A stretch of 63,467 bases of DNA, counting the filler, from Octopus bimaculoides (taxonomy: Eukaryota): the NCBI RefSeq assembly GCF_001194135.2. It is 5 parts of 5 records of this genome, joined end to end, with 100 filler letters (N's around TTAATTAATTAA, not from the genome) between each part and the next. Parts side by side here need not be neighbours in the genome. Positions count along the whole stretch, not along the records: positions 23,684 to 51,323 come from NC_068992.1; positions 51,424 to 59,011 come from NC_069008.1; 3 more parts are not named here. One strand, 5' to 3'. Of this stretch, positions 39,217-52,586 are shown in pieces (position 1 is the first letter of the stretch; each line of letters opens with the position of its first letter). Position numbers and translations under genes: made by a program. The notes beneath the pieces were generated by a model. It saw nothing but the letters and a program-made list of their open reading frames with translations, was not told where the DNA came from and did no database searches.

Positions 39217-40364
39217 CATACGCACACTCATACATATATACATATTTACATATACATATACATTCATATATGGATATATATATTCATATACATTCATATA
39301 TGGATATATATATGCATATAAACACACATACAGATTTATATATTGTATACAAACTTGTATTACCTATTTTGTTTTTGATGAAATTATCAGAATCCTAGTT
39401 GCGATTGACTGACTTGTGCTGACTTCTCTTTGCGGACCAGAAAAGATGTAACCATTTATACATGGTTTGCTAATAAAAGAGAACAACCATCCATACAATG
39501 CAGTAGCGTAGAATCAACTGTCAGTCAGCCATGTTTTTCCGACGCGTCTTCCCAACACTTCCACGTCTCGTCGAAAGAAGGAAATCCGATCTTTTCTGCA
39601 ATATAAATTATTTGTTTTTAAAATTGCTTTTAGATATGGAGTTTCACACGAACATCGGACACACTCGATTGAAGTTTGAACGATCTTTTTGGAAGAGCTC
39701 ATTACTAAGAGGAAATTTCAGCCGGTTGTTGACACGAAACTCAAAACTGACCAGACATCTTGGATGAAAAGGTTTGACTACGAAGTCAAACGGAAACCCC
39801 AAATTAGAATCAGAAATCAAGACATTCTACACAATATGTTACTCCAATTATAAAGCTGTAATTTGTCGATAAACACACATCGCTGGGTAAAGATATTGGA
39901 AATCACTGTAAGTTGTCGTTGTACAATCGATCGTGGACAACACACGGACACATACATATACAGGTACACACACACAAGCACATCGATAACAGCCACCCAC
40001 GGTGTTTATTTCAGCGGCGTAGGAAGAGCAATAATTATCAATGTGCTATTATTGTTCGCGTGCAGCAATAGAAGTAGAGAAAACTTTTCTTTATGACTGA
40101 ATAAATTTTCGGTTGAATGTATCCAACACAATGAAAGCATTAACCAATTTCAGGCAGATTGTTGCAGATTGTTTCGAGAAAATCAAATAATTTTTGAATA
40201 CAAATGAAAGCAAGAAATTAATGATTGCTAGACAAAAAGAAAAGAAAGAAAAACGAACAAAAACAAAAGCAAAACAAATAAAACCAAATCAAAAATCTAA
40301 ATATAAATGCAGCAACAGATTATCTGAAAATTCACTGTTAACTGACACCAACCGAAAGAAGAGC

Positions 40365-40522
40365 AGGCTTGGCTGGGTGGGTAAGAAGCTCGCTTTGAAA
40401 TCAAGTGACTTCAGGTTCAGTCACACTGTACGGCACTTTGGGCAAGTAACTTTTACTATGGTCCCGGGCCGACTAATTGCTGTGAGCGAAATTTGGTAGA
40501 CAGAAATTGTATGGAAGCCCAT
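40365..40522 (+). mobile_element. SINE family A, 5' half
   Basis: caggcttggctgggtgggtaagaagc...cactttgggcaagtaacttttactatgg...ttggtagacagaaa. Confidence 0.75.
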
Positions 40523-40929
40523 CATTTATATATATATATATATAAATATTTTGAAAAATTAGACATAGGAACACGAACCATGCTGCTTATTGACTCGTGC
40601 TTTATATGTTGTCTGGTCATTTCTGCTGATGATAGTCCGACCTTGTAAGATATATAATTTTTATCTTACTAAAANNNNNNNNNNNNNNNNNNNNNNNNNN
40701 NNNNNNNNNNNNNNNNNNNNNNNNNNNNNNNNNNNNNNNNNNNNNNNNNNNNNNNNNNNNNNNNNNNNNNNNNNNNNNNNNNNNNNNNNNNNNNNNNNNN
40801 NNNNNNNNNNNNNNNNNNNNNNNNNNNNNNNNNNNNNNNNNNNNNNNNNNNNNNNNNNNNNNNNNNNNNNNNNNNNNNNNNNNNNNNNNNNNNNNNNTAT
40901 ATATATATGAGTGTGTGTCTGCGTATATC

Positions 40930-41160
40930 ACCCCACGTACGACAACCGATGTTCGTTTGTTACGTCTCTTTAACTTAGCTGTTTGGCAAAATCGTTAGCA
41001 CGTAGAACAAAATGGTTATCGGTATTTCCTTTTGCTCTTTACGTTCAGCGTTCAATTACGGCATTCATCCTTTAGGGTCGATATAATAAGTACTAGTTGA
41101 ATAATGGGATCGATGTAGTCAACTAATCCTCGTCATGAAAATTTTAGGCTTTATATAGAT
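40930..41160 (+). mobile_element. Family A fragment joined to a family B SINE
   Basis: gacaaccgatgttcgtttgttacgtc followed by ggcaaaatcgttagcacg...ttcatcctttagggtcgata. Confidence 0.65.
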
Positions 41161-41529
41161 AGCGCCAGACACATATATACGTATGCTCCTCTTTTGACAA
41201 CATTAGTAAGAAGACGACTGTTGCTTTATCTCAACAAATTTAGTTATCACAAATATTTTACGAACTATAAAATATTGTAGGAGATATAACAACCACGTGT
41301 GTATATAAACAAACTTCCATTTACTTATTAGAAGCACCGAATATGTATTGTACAATACAGACAAGAAAGTGATATTTCCGAACGCAGTGTCGCCGTTAAA
41401 ACAGCAGAAAAATTGGGCAATATTACTCTCAGAAGGCAGAAAAAGTTGTCAACAAACAGCCATGGGAGAATTCTATCATGTCATACATTACCAATTGATT
41501 CTACCAAAAAAGTAGCCCTCGACAATAAT

Positions 41530-42140
41530 CCTTTATATTTATAGGCACAAAGCCTGAAATTTTGGGGTAGGGATCCCAATCGATTATATCAACGCTAGTG
41601 CTCAATTGGCACTTAATTTTTCGACGCCCGAAAGGCAAAGCCGATATCGCAGGAATCTGAACTTAGAATGTAAACACAGACAAGATACCGCTAAGCCTTT
41701 TGCTCAACGTGCTTACGATTCTGCCAGCTCGTAGCCTTATATAATGTTTATGATAATGATGATTAGGTTGAGAATAATAATTTTTCAAATTTGACTCAAA
41801 GCCAGCAATTTTAGGGGAGGAAGAAGTTGATTACATCGACCTCAATGCTTGGCTGACACTTATTTTATCGATCCCGACAAAATAAAAGCCTCGGTTAAAT
41901 TCCAACTCTAAGCGCAAAAGCCGGAAGAAATGCTGCTAAGCGTTTTGTCCGATGCGCAATCAATTCTGGCCAGCTCACCTCCTTTAATAACGGTTTCAAA
42001 TTTTGACACAAGGCCAGCAATTTTGTGGGGAAGGGAGCAGACCGGTTACATCGACCTCAGTACTTGACTGCTATTTATTTTATAGACTCTGAAAGAATCA
42101 AAGATAAAGTCCACCTCGGTATCACATGAACTCAGAAGGT
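41530..42140 (-). mobile_element. Tandem trimer of family B SINEs
   Basis: Three successive units (tails at about 41545, 41785 and 42005) in the same orientation. Confidence 0.82.
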
Positions 42141-42743
42141 AAAAATAATAAGTGAAAATGTCTTGTGAATAAAGTTTCCTATCATCTGTACCACTTACTA
42201 AAACATAAACTACGTTAACTTAAGTACACGGAAAACTTCAAATAATTCCTGTTAACTTCTGGCTATAACACAGTTATACAGAATTGTGGAAAACCTCTAT
42301 ATACTGCTGCGTGGATTGCATCTTGTGTTATATATTACTAACAATGGTATGCTGTAAGCTAGCGGTAGAGGTTAACTAGGTTTGTCTGTTCATATAATAC
42401 GGATCTCTTGTTTTATTTTGCCCGATTCAATCAATTTTAATGATGACCAAAGGCTTGTAATTATATTAAATTTAAAAGACTAATTCACTTTATTTTCGCA
42501 ATGAGCAGAGTCAGAACGAATTAGTGTAAGTCAAAAGCCACTCTAATATGTATGTATGCATGTATGTGTAATGACAAGCAAATTAGGCAAGTCGATTTAC
42601 ACAAAATATCAAATACATTTAATAGAGAAAATGTGTATGGATGTAAAATTGTACATGTGTATGGATATAAAATTGTCCGACTTACAATTACTCATCTACC
42701 GGCTCATGTTAAAATCTTTTGAGTACATCGAAGTGTATTCTAT

Positions 42744-42784
<41 letters not shown>

Positions 42785-43538
42785 ACAGAAGTAAATAGAC
42801 ACCCTTATAATCATCAAAATTTATCTAAATCTGAAATTGTATATTCAAATTATTTATTAATTGTTATAATGTGAATATTTGATATTTAGTAGACATGCCC
42901 TTTGCAGTTTTCAATGCAAAGACCCTATTAGACATGCCACTGATCAGATGAAAAATATTCTCTTGCGGAATTTCTTGCAAGGTTTCATGCAGTAGTAATC
43001 TCGAAAGATCTGGCTTAGAAGATGCTTTCTGTGAATGGGGAAATTTACATTCGACCTTGGCTGTACTAAATTTGAATTAAAAACATGTCAATTTTAAACT
43101 CACTACTACAAGGCAACTAATCCAACGATTTAACGATTTTGCAAGCAACCTACTGAATTTTTGAAATCAATATTTATGTGTAAATATTACTTCAGTATTG
43201 TCTCTGTTTCAACTTGGTATCTTTGTGTTCTTTTTATAGTTGTGGGTCATTAAGTCGATATTTTGTGAATAATCGTCTGCCAAGGAATTTTATGTAGATC
43301 AAAAGATCTGGTGATATTCATCTGTCAGGGAATGCTTTGTAGATTAAAGAATATTATATGTATAATTTTATAGATTAAATCTGGAAATATCTGTCAGAGA
43401 ATGTAATGTAGATCAGACTATCTGTTGCGGAGCATCATCTATTCCTGATTGAGTAAGCCTTTGATAAAAACCATTGCGATTACAATCACTTCACCCGCTA
43501 GGGAACGTATTTCAGATGAAATGATCAGTATATATATA

Positions 43539-43761
43539 GGAGAGGGTGCTGAAAAATTCCTGGTTTTAAGGGTATCGTGTAAGGCCTGCTTAGAGGTCCA
43601 ACTTTCCGAGTTCTTTTACAGGGTTTAGAAAATCTGAAGGTTTAGAAAAGCAGCAATAAGTGTATGAATCTGAGAGGGGAGTATGTTGAATAAAATAATA
43701 ATTAATTGATCTTCTTGTATTTTCTTTTACCCCAAACCAGAAACTTTTCAGCACCCCCTCG
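43539..43761 (+). mobile_element. Mariner MITE, third copy
   Basis: gagagggtgctgaaaaattcctgg ... ccagaaacttttcagcaccccctcg TIRs. Confidence 0.85.
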
Positions 43762-43994
43762 TGTATGTATCTGTCAGGTGTTGTAGATTAAATTACCTGT
43801 AGCTATACATCTGCCATTTAATGTGGTATAGATTAAGCGTTCTGCAAATATACATGTCAGAGAATGTATTATAAATGAAATGATTTACAAATATTTATCT
43901 TTCAGAGCATGCATCGTTTATAAGATGATCTCTAAATATTTATCTATATTATAGTTTAAAACTGTAAATATCCATTTGTCAGGGAACACATCAC

Positions 43995-44151
43995 CAACAA
44001 CAAAGTCTTCCGACTGGACAACATTTCGAGAATTGAAATCATGTTGGTGTGAAGACAGTTTAGATGGGCAAACGTCTATGTACGAACAAATCTAGATTGC
44101 CGAAGGCCGTATTCTACAGGGAGGTCAGTCAAGGCAAGAGGGAGAGAGAGA

Positions 44152-44248
<97 letters not shown>

Positions 44249-44545
44249 TAAACCTCTGGGAGCGTTTCAAGTACCAGCTGAAACACCATCTCACCCAGGC
44301 AGAGATGGACACCAAAAAGAGGGAGGGATTTGAACACAGAGGTAGATGTGGCAGAACTGCATCCATACCATTGCACGCAATTTTGAGAAGGCCAGAGACA
44401 CTGCGGTGGATAAAAAACGTCAAAGAAGGAAAAAGTAATCGTCTCGATACCATTATGACCAAAACATATTTGCCCCTGTCGGTCAAGGATTGGTTTACAT
44501 AACCACTTAAGGGCTTGTCGTTCTTCCTCATGGTCTTCAGACATT
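43995..44545 (+). mobile_element. RTE-clade LINE 3' fragment split by (GA)n
   Basis: RQFRW...SRLPKAVFYREVSQGKR-[GA run]-KPL...RFKYQLKHHLTQA...KRQRRK...SRIGLHNHLRAC, a typical RTE ORF2 C-terminus. Confidence 0.88.
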
Positions 44546-45677
44546 AACTGCCACCAAATCTCTCAGGGAATAAGGATTAAATTATCTGTACCAATAGATT
44601 TGTCAGGGAATATGGATTAAATTGTCTGCAGCTATAAGTTTTTCAGGAAATATGGATTAAATTATCTGCAGGTATACATTTGTCAAAGAATGCAACATAT
44701 ATCTAGTGATTTTTAAATATACATCTGTCAGGAACATGATGTAGATGAATTGATCTGTAGGTAAGCATCTTTTAGGGAACGCATCGTTGATGATATGATC
44801 TCTAGATATTTATTTCTATTATTAATCAAATCTGTAAATATACATTTGCCAGGTAATGTAGATCAAGTGTGTTGTAAATATTTATCTGCCGGGCAATGTA
44901 TTATAGATGAAATGATCATCTATTACGAGATGCATTGTATATTAAAAGCTCTATAGATATTAATCTGTCATGGGATGCATCGTTCGTTAAATAATCTATA
45001 AAGTTAATCTATCAAGGGATGTGTTATAGCTTAAATGTTCTGGAAACATTTATCTGTAAGGAAATGAAGTTTAGACGAACAGATTTGTAAATGTTACGCC
45101 GTCAGGGGAAGCACCGTAGCTGAAACGATTAAACTGTTTCTTAAAAAGCCTGGTGTCAGAACATGGCTATATTGTTCAGAAATTCGCTTCGAAATTAAGG
45201 GTTTATGGGTTTGTTACTATAACTTCTCGGCGTCTTGAGAAAGCGTCATAGAATTCGGTCTGAGGCCAAAGCCTTGTGAGTAAAATTTGTTGGCATGGAA
45301 ACAGTGCAGAGAAGCTCATTACAAGGATCGATCATATTCTTGGATGGTAGATTGAATTTCTCGTTCTGTTTAACATTGCAGTGTGTTTATCCCTTTAGCA
45401 GAGTAATATTTGTCGCAAGCATTCGAAAGGTCAGATGTCCTGTGCGTGTGTGTGTGTATGTGTGTGCTTAACATTCTACACATTTCAAGAACAAACCTTA
45501 TTGTTAGAGATATCCATTTAATTTTGGTTTATCATTTGTTACTTGTTTTCACAATTGTTATACTAGTAATTTATAATTTTCTTGCTTTTTTAAGTATAAT
45601 GCCCTTATTTAAGTATAGTGCGCTTATTTGAGTATGAAGGCACCTTAAACCACGTTTATCAAAATGCAATCTGGTAA

Positions 45678-45838
45678 GATGGACTTCTTTCAGTTTCCGT
45701 CTACTAAACCCACTCCAAAGGGTTTGGTTAGCTTGAAGCTATAGTTGAAAACACTTGCCTAAACTGTCATGTAGTGGAACTGAACCCGGAACCACATGGT
45801 TGGGAAGCAAGCTTCTTGGCACACAGTCACGCCTACGA
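45678..45838 (-). mobile_element. SINE family A, 5' half
   Basis: gcttctttcagtttccgtctactaaacccactc...gaacccggaaccacatggttgggaagcaagcttctt. Confidence 0.85.
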
Positions 45839-46737
45839 CTATATAGGAAAAAAAGAAGAAATACATTAGATTCTAAAATCCAAACAAGTTGATGGCGGAC
45901 TCAAGTCATTGTGATTGATACTCATCTTCTGCACATAAAAAAAACAAGAGAAAAGAAAACCAGTAACTGGAGAATCCCCCCACCCCCAAAAACTAATAAA
46001 AAGTTTTAGAATAATAATACATAAAAAAATATATGTGTATTTCACAGACGTACTAAATGAGTACTTACGCTGTGTATATCATACTAGCAAACCCTTAGAT
46101 CTTTCGCTCGAAGTAAGATCACAGATAAGAAGAGCAACAAAAAACAAATCTGAAACGGAATATAAATAAATGGCATCTAACAGAATTCAATTGGACAGAG
46201 AAAGACAAAATTGTTATAGCCTTCAGCCTTTAAGATCTCTATGTAATTACAAGTATTTAAAAGTTACCCTGTAGGAGTTCCTGGTATTAAGTCAGTTAGT
46301 GCATAGAATTATATTCAAAGAAGAATAGTAACTTACTAGCATCCATCTAGAACATTCTATAGGAATCGATTAATAGTTTAAGGAAACGAAGTCTCTTTCT
46401 CAGACATATAGCCTTCGTTTGTAGTGGCTAACTGCACCAATAGAAATCAAGGCAAGGAAACAATTTCGTGTCAATAAGCAGTTAAGAAACGAAGAATAAA
46501 AGCACCTTAACTCATACATACATATGAATACATATAAAGCATGTATGTGTACGCACACGCACGCACACAAACACACACACGTACCTATGTGTGTATGTAT
46601 GTACTCGTAAATACTCTTACACATATATATTATTAAATAAAGAAAATTTAATTAACCCAACCCTCACAGGAACAAACAAACAACTATCTATCCTGACAAA
46701 TGCAATTTCTGAAACTTCTAACGCCGCCTGTATATAT

Positions 46738-46777
<40 letters not shown>

Positions 46778-46825
46778 GGGAGAATATACAAAAAATAACA
46801 ACAGACGAGGACAGGTGGTGTAAAT
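46778..46825 (-). mobile_element. Penelope-like repeat end (same family as 30778)
   Basis: The reverse complement matches 30920-30965 (cacc/tacctgtc.tcgtct...attctccc). Runs into a gap. Confidence 0.5.
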
Positions 46826-47131
46826 ANNNNNNNNNNNNNNNNNNNNNNNNNNNNNNNNNNNNNNNNNNNNNNNNNNNNNNNNNNNNNNNNNNNNNNNNNN
46901 NNNNNNNNNNNNNNNNNNNNNNNNNNNNNNNNNNNNNNNNNNNNNNNNNNNNNNNNNNNNNNNNNNNNNNNNNNNNNNNNNNNNNNNNNNNNNNNNNNNN
47001 NNNNNNNNNNNNNNNNNNNNNNNNNNNNNNNNNNNNNNNNNNNNNNNNNNNNNNNNNNNNNNNNNNNNNNNNNNNNNNNNTATATATATATATACAGGAG
47101 GCGTTACAATATATATATATATATATATATA

Positions 47132-47547
47132 TTCTTTTACTGCTTTACTTGTTTTAGTCATTTGACTGCGGCCATGCTGGAACACCGCCTTTAGTCGAGC
47201 AAATCGACCCAAGGACTTATTCCTTGTAAGTCTAGTACTTATTCTATCGGTCTCTTTTGCCGAACCGCTAGGTAACGTGGATGTAAACACAGCATCGGTT
47301 GTCAAGCAATGTTGGGGGGACAAACACAGACACACAAATACACACAGACACACAGACACACAGACACAGGCACACACACACATATATATATATGTATATA
47401 CAGCGAGCTTTCAGTTTCCGTCTAACAAATCCACTCACAAGGGTTTGGTCGACCCGAAGCTACAGTAGAAGACACTTGCCCAAGATGCCACGCTGCAGGA
47501 TTGAACCATGTGTTTGGGAAGCAAGCTACTTACCATACAGCCGCGCC

Positions 47548-47550
<3 letters not shown>
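47132..47550 (-). mobile_element. SINE family A, full length, inside a (TA)n tract
   Basis: Complete reverse-complement match to 7188-7564 plus the tail. Confidence 0.92.
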
Positions 47551-47592
<42 letters not shown>

Positions 47593-48004
47593 ACACACTC
47601 ACACAAATACACACGCATATGTACATATACATACGTATATTTATGTGTGTGTGTATGTGATAATAATTGCTTTATATATCTTATATGCTCGATACACACG
47701 TGTAATCATATACATTCACACACATATATATATTAGGGACACAGCCACCATCAAATAACCAAAAATTCCTGCTTGACATACAAAATGATAGCTTGGAACG
47801 ATTTCCTTCACGAAGTTTTAATTATGTATCCAACTAACACAGTATATTTATACTGCATATATACTATATGCTATAAAGTGTATACACACACACCCACACA
47901 TACACGCACACATAAACATATATATATAGTATTAATAAAATAGATGGAATGTTTTCGACTTTTGTATAATTTCTCCATTATATGTATGTATGTATGTGTG
48001 TGTG

Positions 48005-48072
<68 letters not shown>
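48005..48072. repeat. (TATC)n microsatellite
   Basis: Direct reading of the sequence. Confidence 0.95.
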
Positions 48073-48075
<3 letters not shown>

Positions 48076-49814
48076 GTATNNNNNNNNNNNNNNNNNNNNN
48101 NNNNNNNNNNNNNNNNNNNNNNNNNNNNNNNNNNNNNNNNNNNNNNNNNNNNNNNNNNNNNNNNNNNNNNNNNNNNNNNNNNNNNNNNNNNNNNNNNNNN
48201 NNNNNNNNNNNNNNNNNNNNNNNNNNNNNNNNNNNNNNNNNNNNNNNNNNNNNNNNNNNNNNNNNNNNNNNNNNNNNNNNNNNNNNNNNNNNNNNNNNNN
48301 NNNNNNNNNNNNNNNNNNNNNNNNNNNNNNNNNNNNNNNNNNNNNNNNNNNNNNNNNNNNNNNNNNNNNNNNNNNNNNNNNNNNNNNNNNNNNNNNNNNN
48401 NNNNNNNNNNNNNNNNNNNNNNNNNNNNNNNNNNNNNNNNNNNNNNNNNNNNNNNNNNNNNNNNNNNNNNNNNNNNNNNNNNNNNNNNNNNNNNNNNNNN
48501 NNNNNNNNNNNNNNNNNNNNNNNNNNNNNNNNNNNNNNNNNNNNNNNNNNNNNNNNNNNNNNNNNNNNNNNNNNNNNNNNNNNNNNNNNNNNNNNNNNNN
48601 NNNNNNNNNNNNNNNNNNNNNNNNNNNNNNNNNNNNNNNNNNNNNNNNNNNNNNNNNNNNNNNNNNNNNNNNNNNNNNNNNNNNNNNNNNNNNNNNNNNN
48701 NNNNNNNNNNNNNNNNNNNNNNNNNNNNNNNNNNNNNNNNNNNNNNNNNNNNNNNNNNNNNNNNNNNNNNNNNNNNNNNNNNNNNNNNNNNNNNNNNNNN
48801 NNNNNNNNNNNNNNNNNNNNNNNNNNNNNNNNNNNNNNNNNNNNNNNNNNNNNNNNNNNNNNNNNNNNNNNNNNNNNNNNNNNNNNNNNNNNNNNNNNNN
48901 NNNNNNNNNNNNNNNNNNNNNNNNNNNNNNNNNNNNNNNNNNNNNNNNNNNNNNNNNNNNNNNNNNNNNNNNNNNNNNNNNNNNNNNNNNNNNNNNNNNN
49001 NNNNNNNNNNNNNNNNNTATGATCCTCTAAACCCCATCACTAAACCATCTGCTTTCAACTGTCAGACCTTGTACTCGGTCTGTGTTATTCAATGTGCCGT
49101 TATTCCCCTTGATAATTTTACGTGTATCAGAGAAAAATTCTTGGGTGCTATTTCTGGCATATTGTGTGACCACATGGAGTCTCTCTCGTTTACTCATATA
49201 TATATTAGATTTGAATTAATTGGTTGTAAATCTACAAGCCTTCGTTTTGTTTCTTATCAATAGTAGCCGATAATTCTCGAAGCAGCAAAGCGTTAGAAAT
49301 TAACGAAAAAAATTGACCATACGTAAAACTTGTTAAAATTTCTACCTCGTCATTACTCCAAAGAATTTAATACATTTATGGGAGTTGTGTAAGCATTCCA
49401 ATTAAGACAGTATAAAACATTCTAAGCTGCAGATATTCAACATTACCATGATGGAGGTCTAGACGTGATTTAAACACTACTCGATAATTGTTCTTGATCA
49501 AATAAGATACTGACTGAAGAGAAGTTTTGAAAAGTAGCCTCAATACTGGAAAATTAGTGTGCGGAGTGCCATTAATGTAGATTCATTGTCCAAAGAAATC
49601 GATATTATATAATAAATCAAAAGGCATTTATATATATGTCACAGCGAAAGTCTTAATAATTGGTCTTATTAACACCGGAGAGTTGAATAGACAAAATGTG
49701 CTAGGAGACACACACAAATATAATACGCACGTTTGTATTACAAAACTTCTGTCGAAGTCTGTCAACATTTTTCAGAATTATGCACATATATACACATGTA
49801 TACANNNNNNNNNN

Positions 49815-49865
<51 letters not shown>

Positions 49866-50015
49866 CACACGTGTGTGCGTGTTTATATATGTAATACAGA
49901 CACAAGCACACATATGTGTATATATATGTGTCTGCGTGTGTATATGTAAGTATAAATATATATATATGTATAATATATATATATATGTTATATATTTATA
50001 TATTTTATATATACA

Positions 50016-50070
<55 letters not shown>

Positions 50071-50275
50071 ATACACAAAGGGGAAAGCTAGGTATGTTCA
50101 GTGTAGAAACAAAATTGTCCTCAAACGAATTTGAACTCTGAAGTCTTCATCCAAGGGAAGGCCACAGCGTCCAAAGTGGCTGTAAGAGAGATTCAAGACG
50201 AGCTGATACGGATGTAATACTGCAGATAAATACAGTTAAGCTTAATGCATACATACATAATACATACAAACATAC

Positions 50276-50308
<33 letters not shown>

Positions 50309-50311
50309 AGT

Positions 50312-50900
50312 TTAGTATATAGAAGTCAATGCCTCTGTGTTGGTGTGTTACTTATAGACTCGAAAACTACTGGACCGATCCTAATGAAATTTGGAACACA
50401 GAATCCAAACCCAGGAAGAAGGGTAATGCTGTAAGTTTCATACAATTTTGAGGGGGCATAAAGTGGGGCAGACCTCCACCTCAAAAATTCATATACTTCG
50501 GATTTTGATAGGGATTAGAAATAAATAAAAAAATATACCCAAAATTTCCATTTCTTTGGATGATTCTAAGACCCCAGTGATGGGGGCTTAACCCCCAGAT
50601 TTTAGTCATTTTTCATGGATCGAAATTACTGAATGACCTTATGATAGTTGGAACTTAGATTCAATGCATAAGGGCGGGTTTATGCAGTATGTCTGGTTTT
50701 AATTTGAGGGGGCTTAAAGGGGGCAGACCCCCCACCCCCATGAACATTCATAAATTTCCGATATAGATGCAATTTCAACCATGGATAATTGACACAAATT
50801 AAGAAGTATTCCCAAAGTTTCCTCTTCTCATGAGGATTCTAAGACATCCTAATGGGGGCCTTAACTCTCAGTTTTTAGTCATCTTTTATGATCCAAAACT
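50312..50900 (+). mobile_element. Helitron/HINE-like element with internal ~255-bp tandem units
   Basis: ctcgaaaactactggaccgatcctaatgaaatttgg core. Two diverged units start tttgaggggg at about 50447 and 50702. Confidence 0.6.
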
Positions 50901-50921
50901 TTACATTCAGTACAGTCTCCA

Positions 50922-51323
50922 GTTCTTATAGTGATGATGGTGGAGGATATCGACTCCTTACTTGTTTTTCTAAAATGCACCATAAATATTCAGTAATATT
51001 GATATCTGGGGACTGTGGTGGCCAGATAAAATGTTCAACTTCATTAGAATGTTCCTCATGCTATTTAGTAACAACTTTAGTTGTGTGAATCGATGCATTA
51101 TCATTCTGAAAGATTGCATTTCCTTCCGGAAACAGTTCAGCAGCGATAGGATAAATTTGATCATATAAAATGCTTAAATAGTCTTGACTATTAATTCTGC
51201 CATGAAAGGAAACCATTGAGCCAGCGGATTTCCAAGATATAGCTCCCTGGATCATCACAAATCCTCCTCCATGTTTAACAGTCTGGGTCAAATGCTTTTT
51301 TGGGCTGTCTCCACACGTATACT
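50922..51323 (-). mobile_element. Tc1-family transposase fragment (D36E spacing)
   Basis: KHGGGFVMIQGAISW...FQNDNASIH...WPPQSPDINITE, with 36 residues between D and E. Paralogous to the 53840 copy. Confidence 0.9.
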
Positions 51324-51423
51324 NNNNNNNNNNNNNNNNNNNNNNNNNNNNNNNNNNNNNNNNNNNNTTAATTAATTAANNNNNNNNNNNNNNNNNNNNN
51401 NNNNNNNNNNNNNNNNNNNNNNN
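51324..51423. other. Artificial scaffolding linker
   Basis: N44-TTAATTAATTAA-N44. Confidence 0.95.
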
Positions 51424-51724
51424 ATATATTGTTAAATTACTGTTATTTATATATATATATATATATTACTTTATTTTTTGTTAAATTACTGTTATATATA
51501 TATATATATATATATGTACTTTCTTCTTGTTTTTGCCTTTGTGAGTTACAAGTAATGCTATCTGTTGGAGTCTCAGCTTTTTTAGCTGCTATTTCTGAAC
51601 TTCGGTATGTGGTGAAGCAAATATTTGCTGATCCCTTAATTATGTTTATATATATATATATGTATATATAACGTCATATTTTGACATTTATAGGCATTTT
51701 TATGGACTGCGTCCAATATTTGCG

Positions 51725-51771
51725 GGTGATCTAGGAACGTAACCCCCACGAATACCGGGGGCCCACTGTAT
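51725..51771 (-). mobile_element. Isolated pogo/Tigger-like TIR remnant
   Basis: Ends ...cgaataccgggggcccactg-ta, i.e. ta-cagtgggccccc on the minus strand. The partner TIR was not found. Confidence 0.4.
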
Positions 51772-51881
51772 TATTATTATTATATCATAGCCTACCGCGT
51801 TTATTGTCTCCCATGACCCTAACCCTAACCCTAACCCATATACCAGATTGATATCTCTAACGTCATTTCTTTCGTCTGCAG

Positions 51882-52038
51882 TTATTGGCGTCTCTTCTAT
51901 ATCGGAAATTATTTGAACTGTTACAACGACAATGGTTGGTTCGCTGTTATTCAGGCAAAGCTCTCTGTTTGTCAATGGGAAGAAATGCAGCGTTACCCAG
52001 AAATCATCTTCTCTAATAAAAATCCGCATGGTATCATG
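51882..52038 (+). CDS. Internal coding exon of an uncharacterised Cys/Trp-containing, probably extracellular, protein
   Basis: Branch point ctctaac, polypyrimidine tract and CAG acceptor (51881); donor ATG|GTAAGT. The frame open through the whole exon is YWRLFYIGNYLNCYNDNGWFAVIQAKLSVCQWEEMQRYPEIIFSNKNPHGIM. It resembles a recalled mollusc/cnidarian module RRFYI..Y.GC..D.GW..V....C.WE....P..LYS (not verified by search). Confidence 0.8.
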
Positions 52039-52134
52039 GTAAGTGTTTTCCTTGTATGCGCGCGCGCGCGAAAATGTGTGTGAGTGACGCGCGCTTTCAA
52101 AGAGAAGAGCAAAAGAGAAGGTGGTGGCACTGTT

Positions 52135-52150
52135 GGTAGTAGTAGTAGTG

Positions 52151-52187
<37 letters not shown>
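52135..52187. repeat. (TAG)n microsatellite
   Basis: Direct reading of the sequence. Confidence 0.95.
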
Positions 52188-52188
<1 letters not shown>

Positions 52189-52387
52189 TTGGTTATAGTT
52201 CAAAAGTCTTCAAGTTGATCTATGATAAAAGTACCAGATGTGACCATCTAGTTGATTTTATATTTATGGTTTTATATCTGGTGAGAAATTTGGGCTACTA
52301 TTTCTAGCAATTCGAGCGACCAACGTACAAACTCATCCATTATCTCAAATTTACTATGGTCGTTGATAATATTGGCAGTATTAGTTT

Positions 52388-52550
52388 CACATTTCGACCC
52401 CAGTACATAACTGGTACTTATTTCATCGACCCAGAAAAGACGAAATGCAAAGCAGGCCTCGGCGGAATAAGAGCTCAGAATATAAAGACAGATGAAACAC
52501 CGCTAAGCATCTTGTCCGGCCTACTGACTGTTCTGCCAGCCCGCCGCCTT
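52388..52550 (-). mobile_element. Family B SINE
   Basis: cgaccccagtacataactggtactta...accgctaagcat...ttctgccagcccgccgcctt. Confidence 0.88.
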
Positions 52551-52586
52551 ATTGTTATTCTTAATATTACTAACGTTGGAAAGGGA

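Larger units (their letters stand above)
43270..45100. repeat. Degenerate ~40-bp satellite array
   Basis: tgtcagggaat...gattaaattatctgta unit. Exact 40-bp period at 44563, 44603, 44643 and 44683. Degenerate copies occur throughout. Confidence 0.8.

Noticed and set aside
39433-39850. Exon-like stretches with good acceptors at about 39438 and 39630
   Set aside because: All frames hit stops before a credible donor, and there is no recognisable homology.
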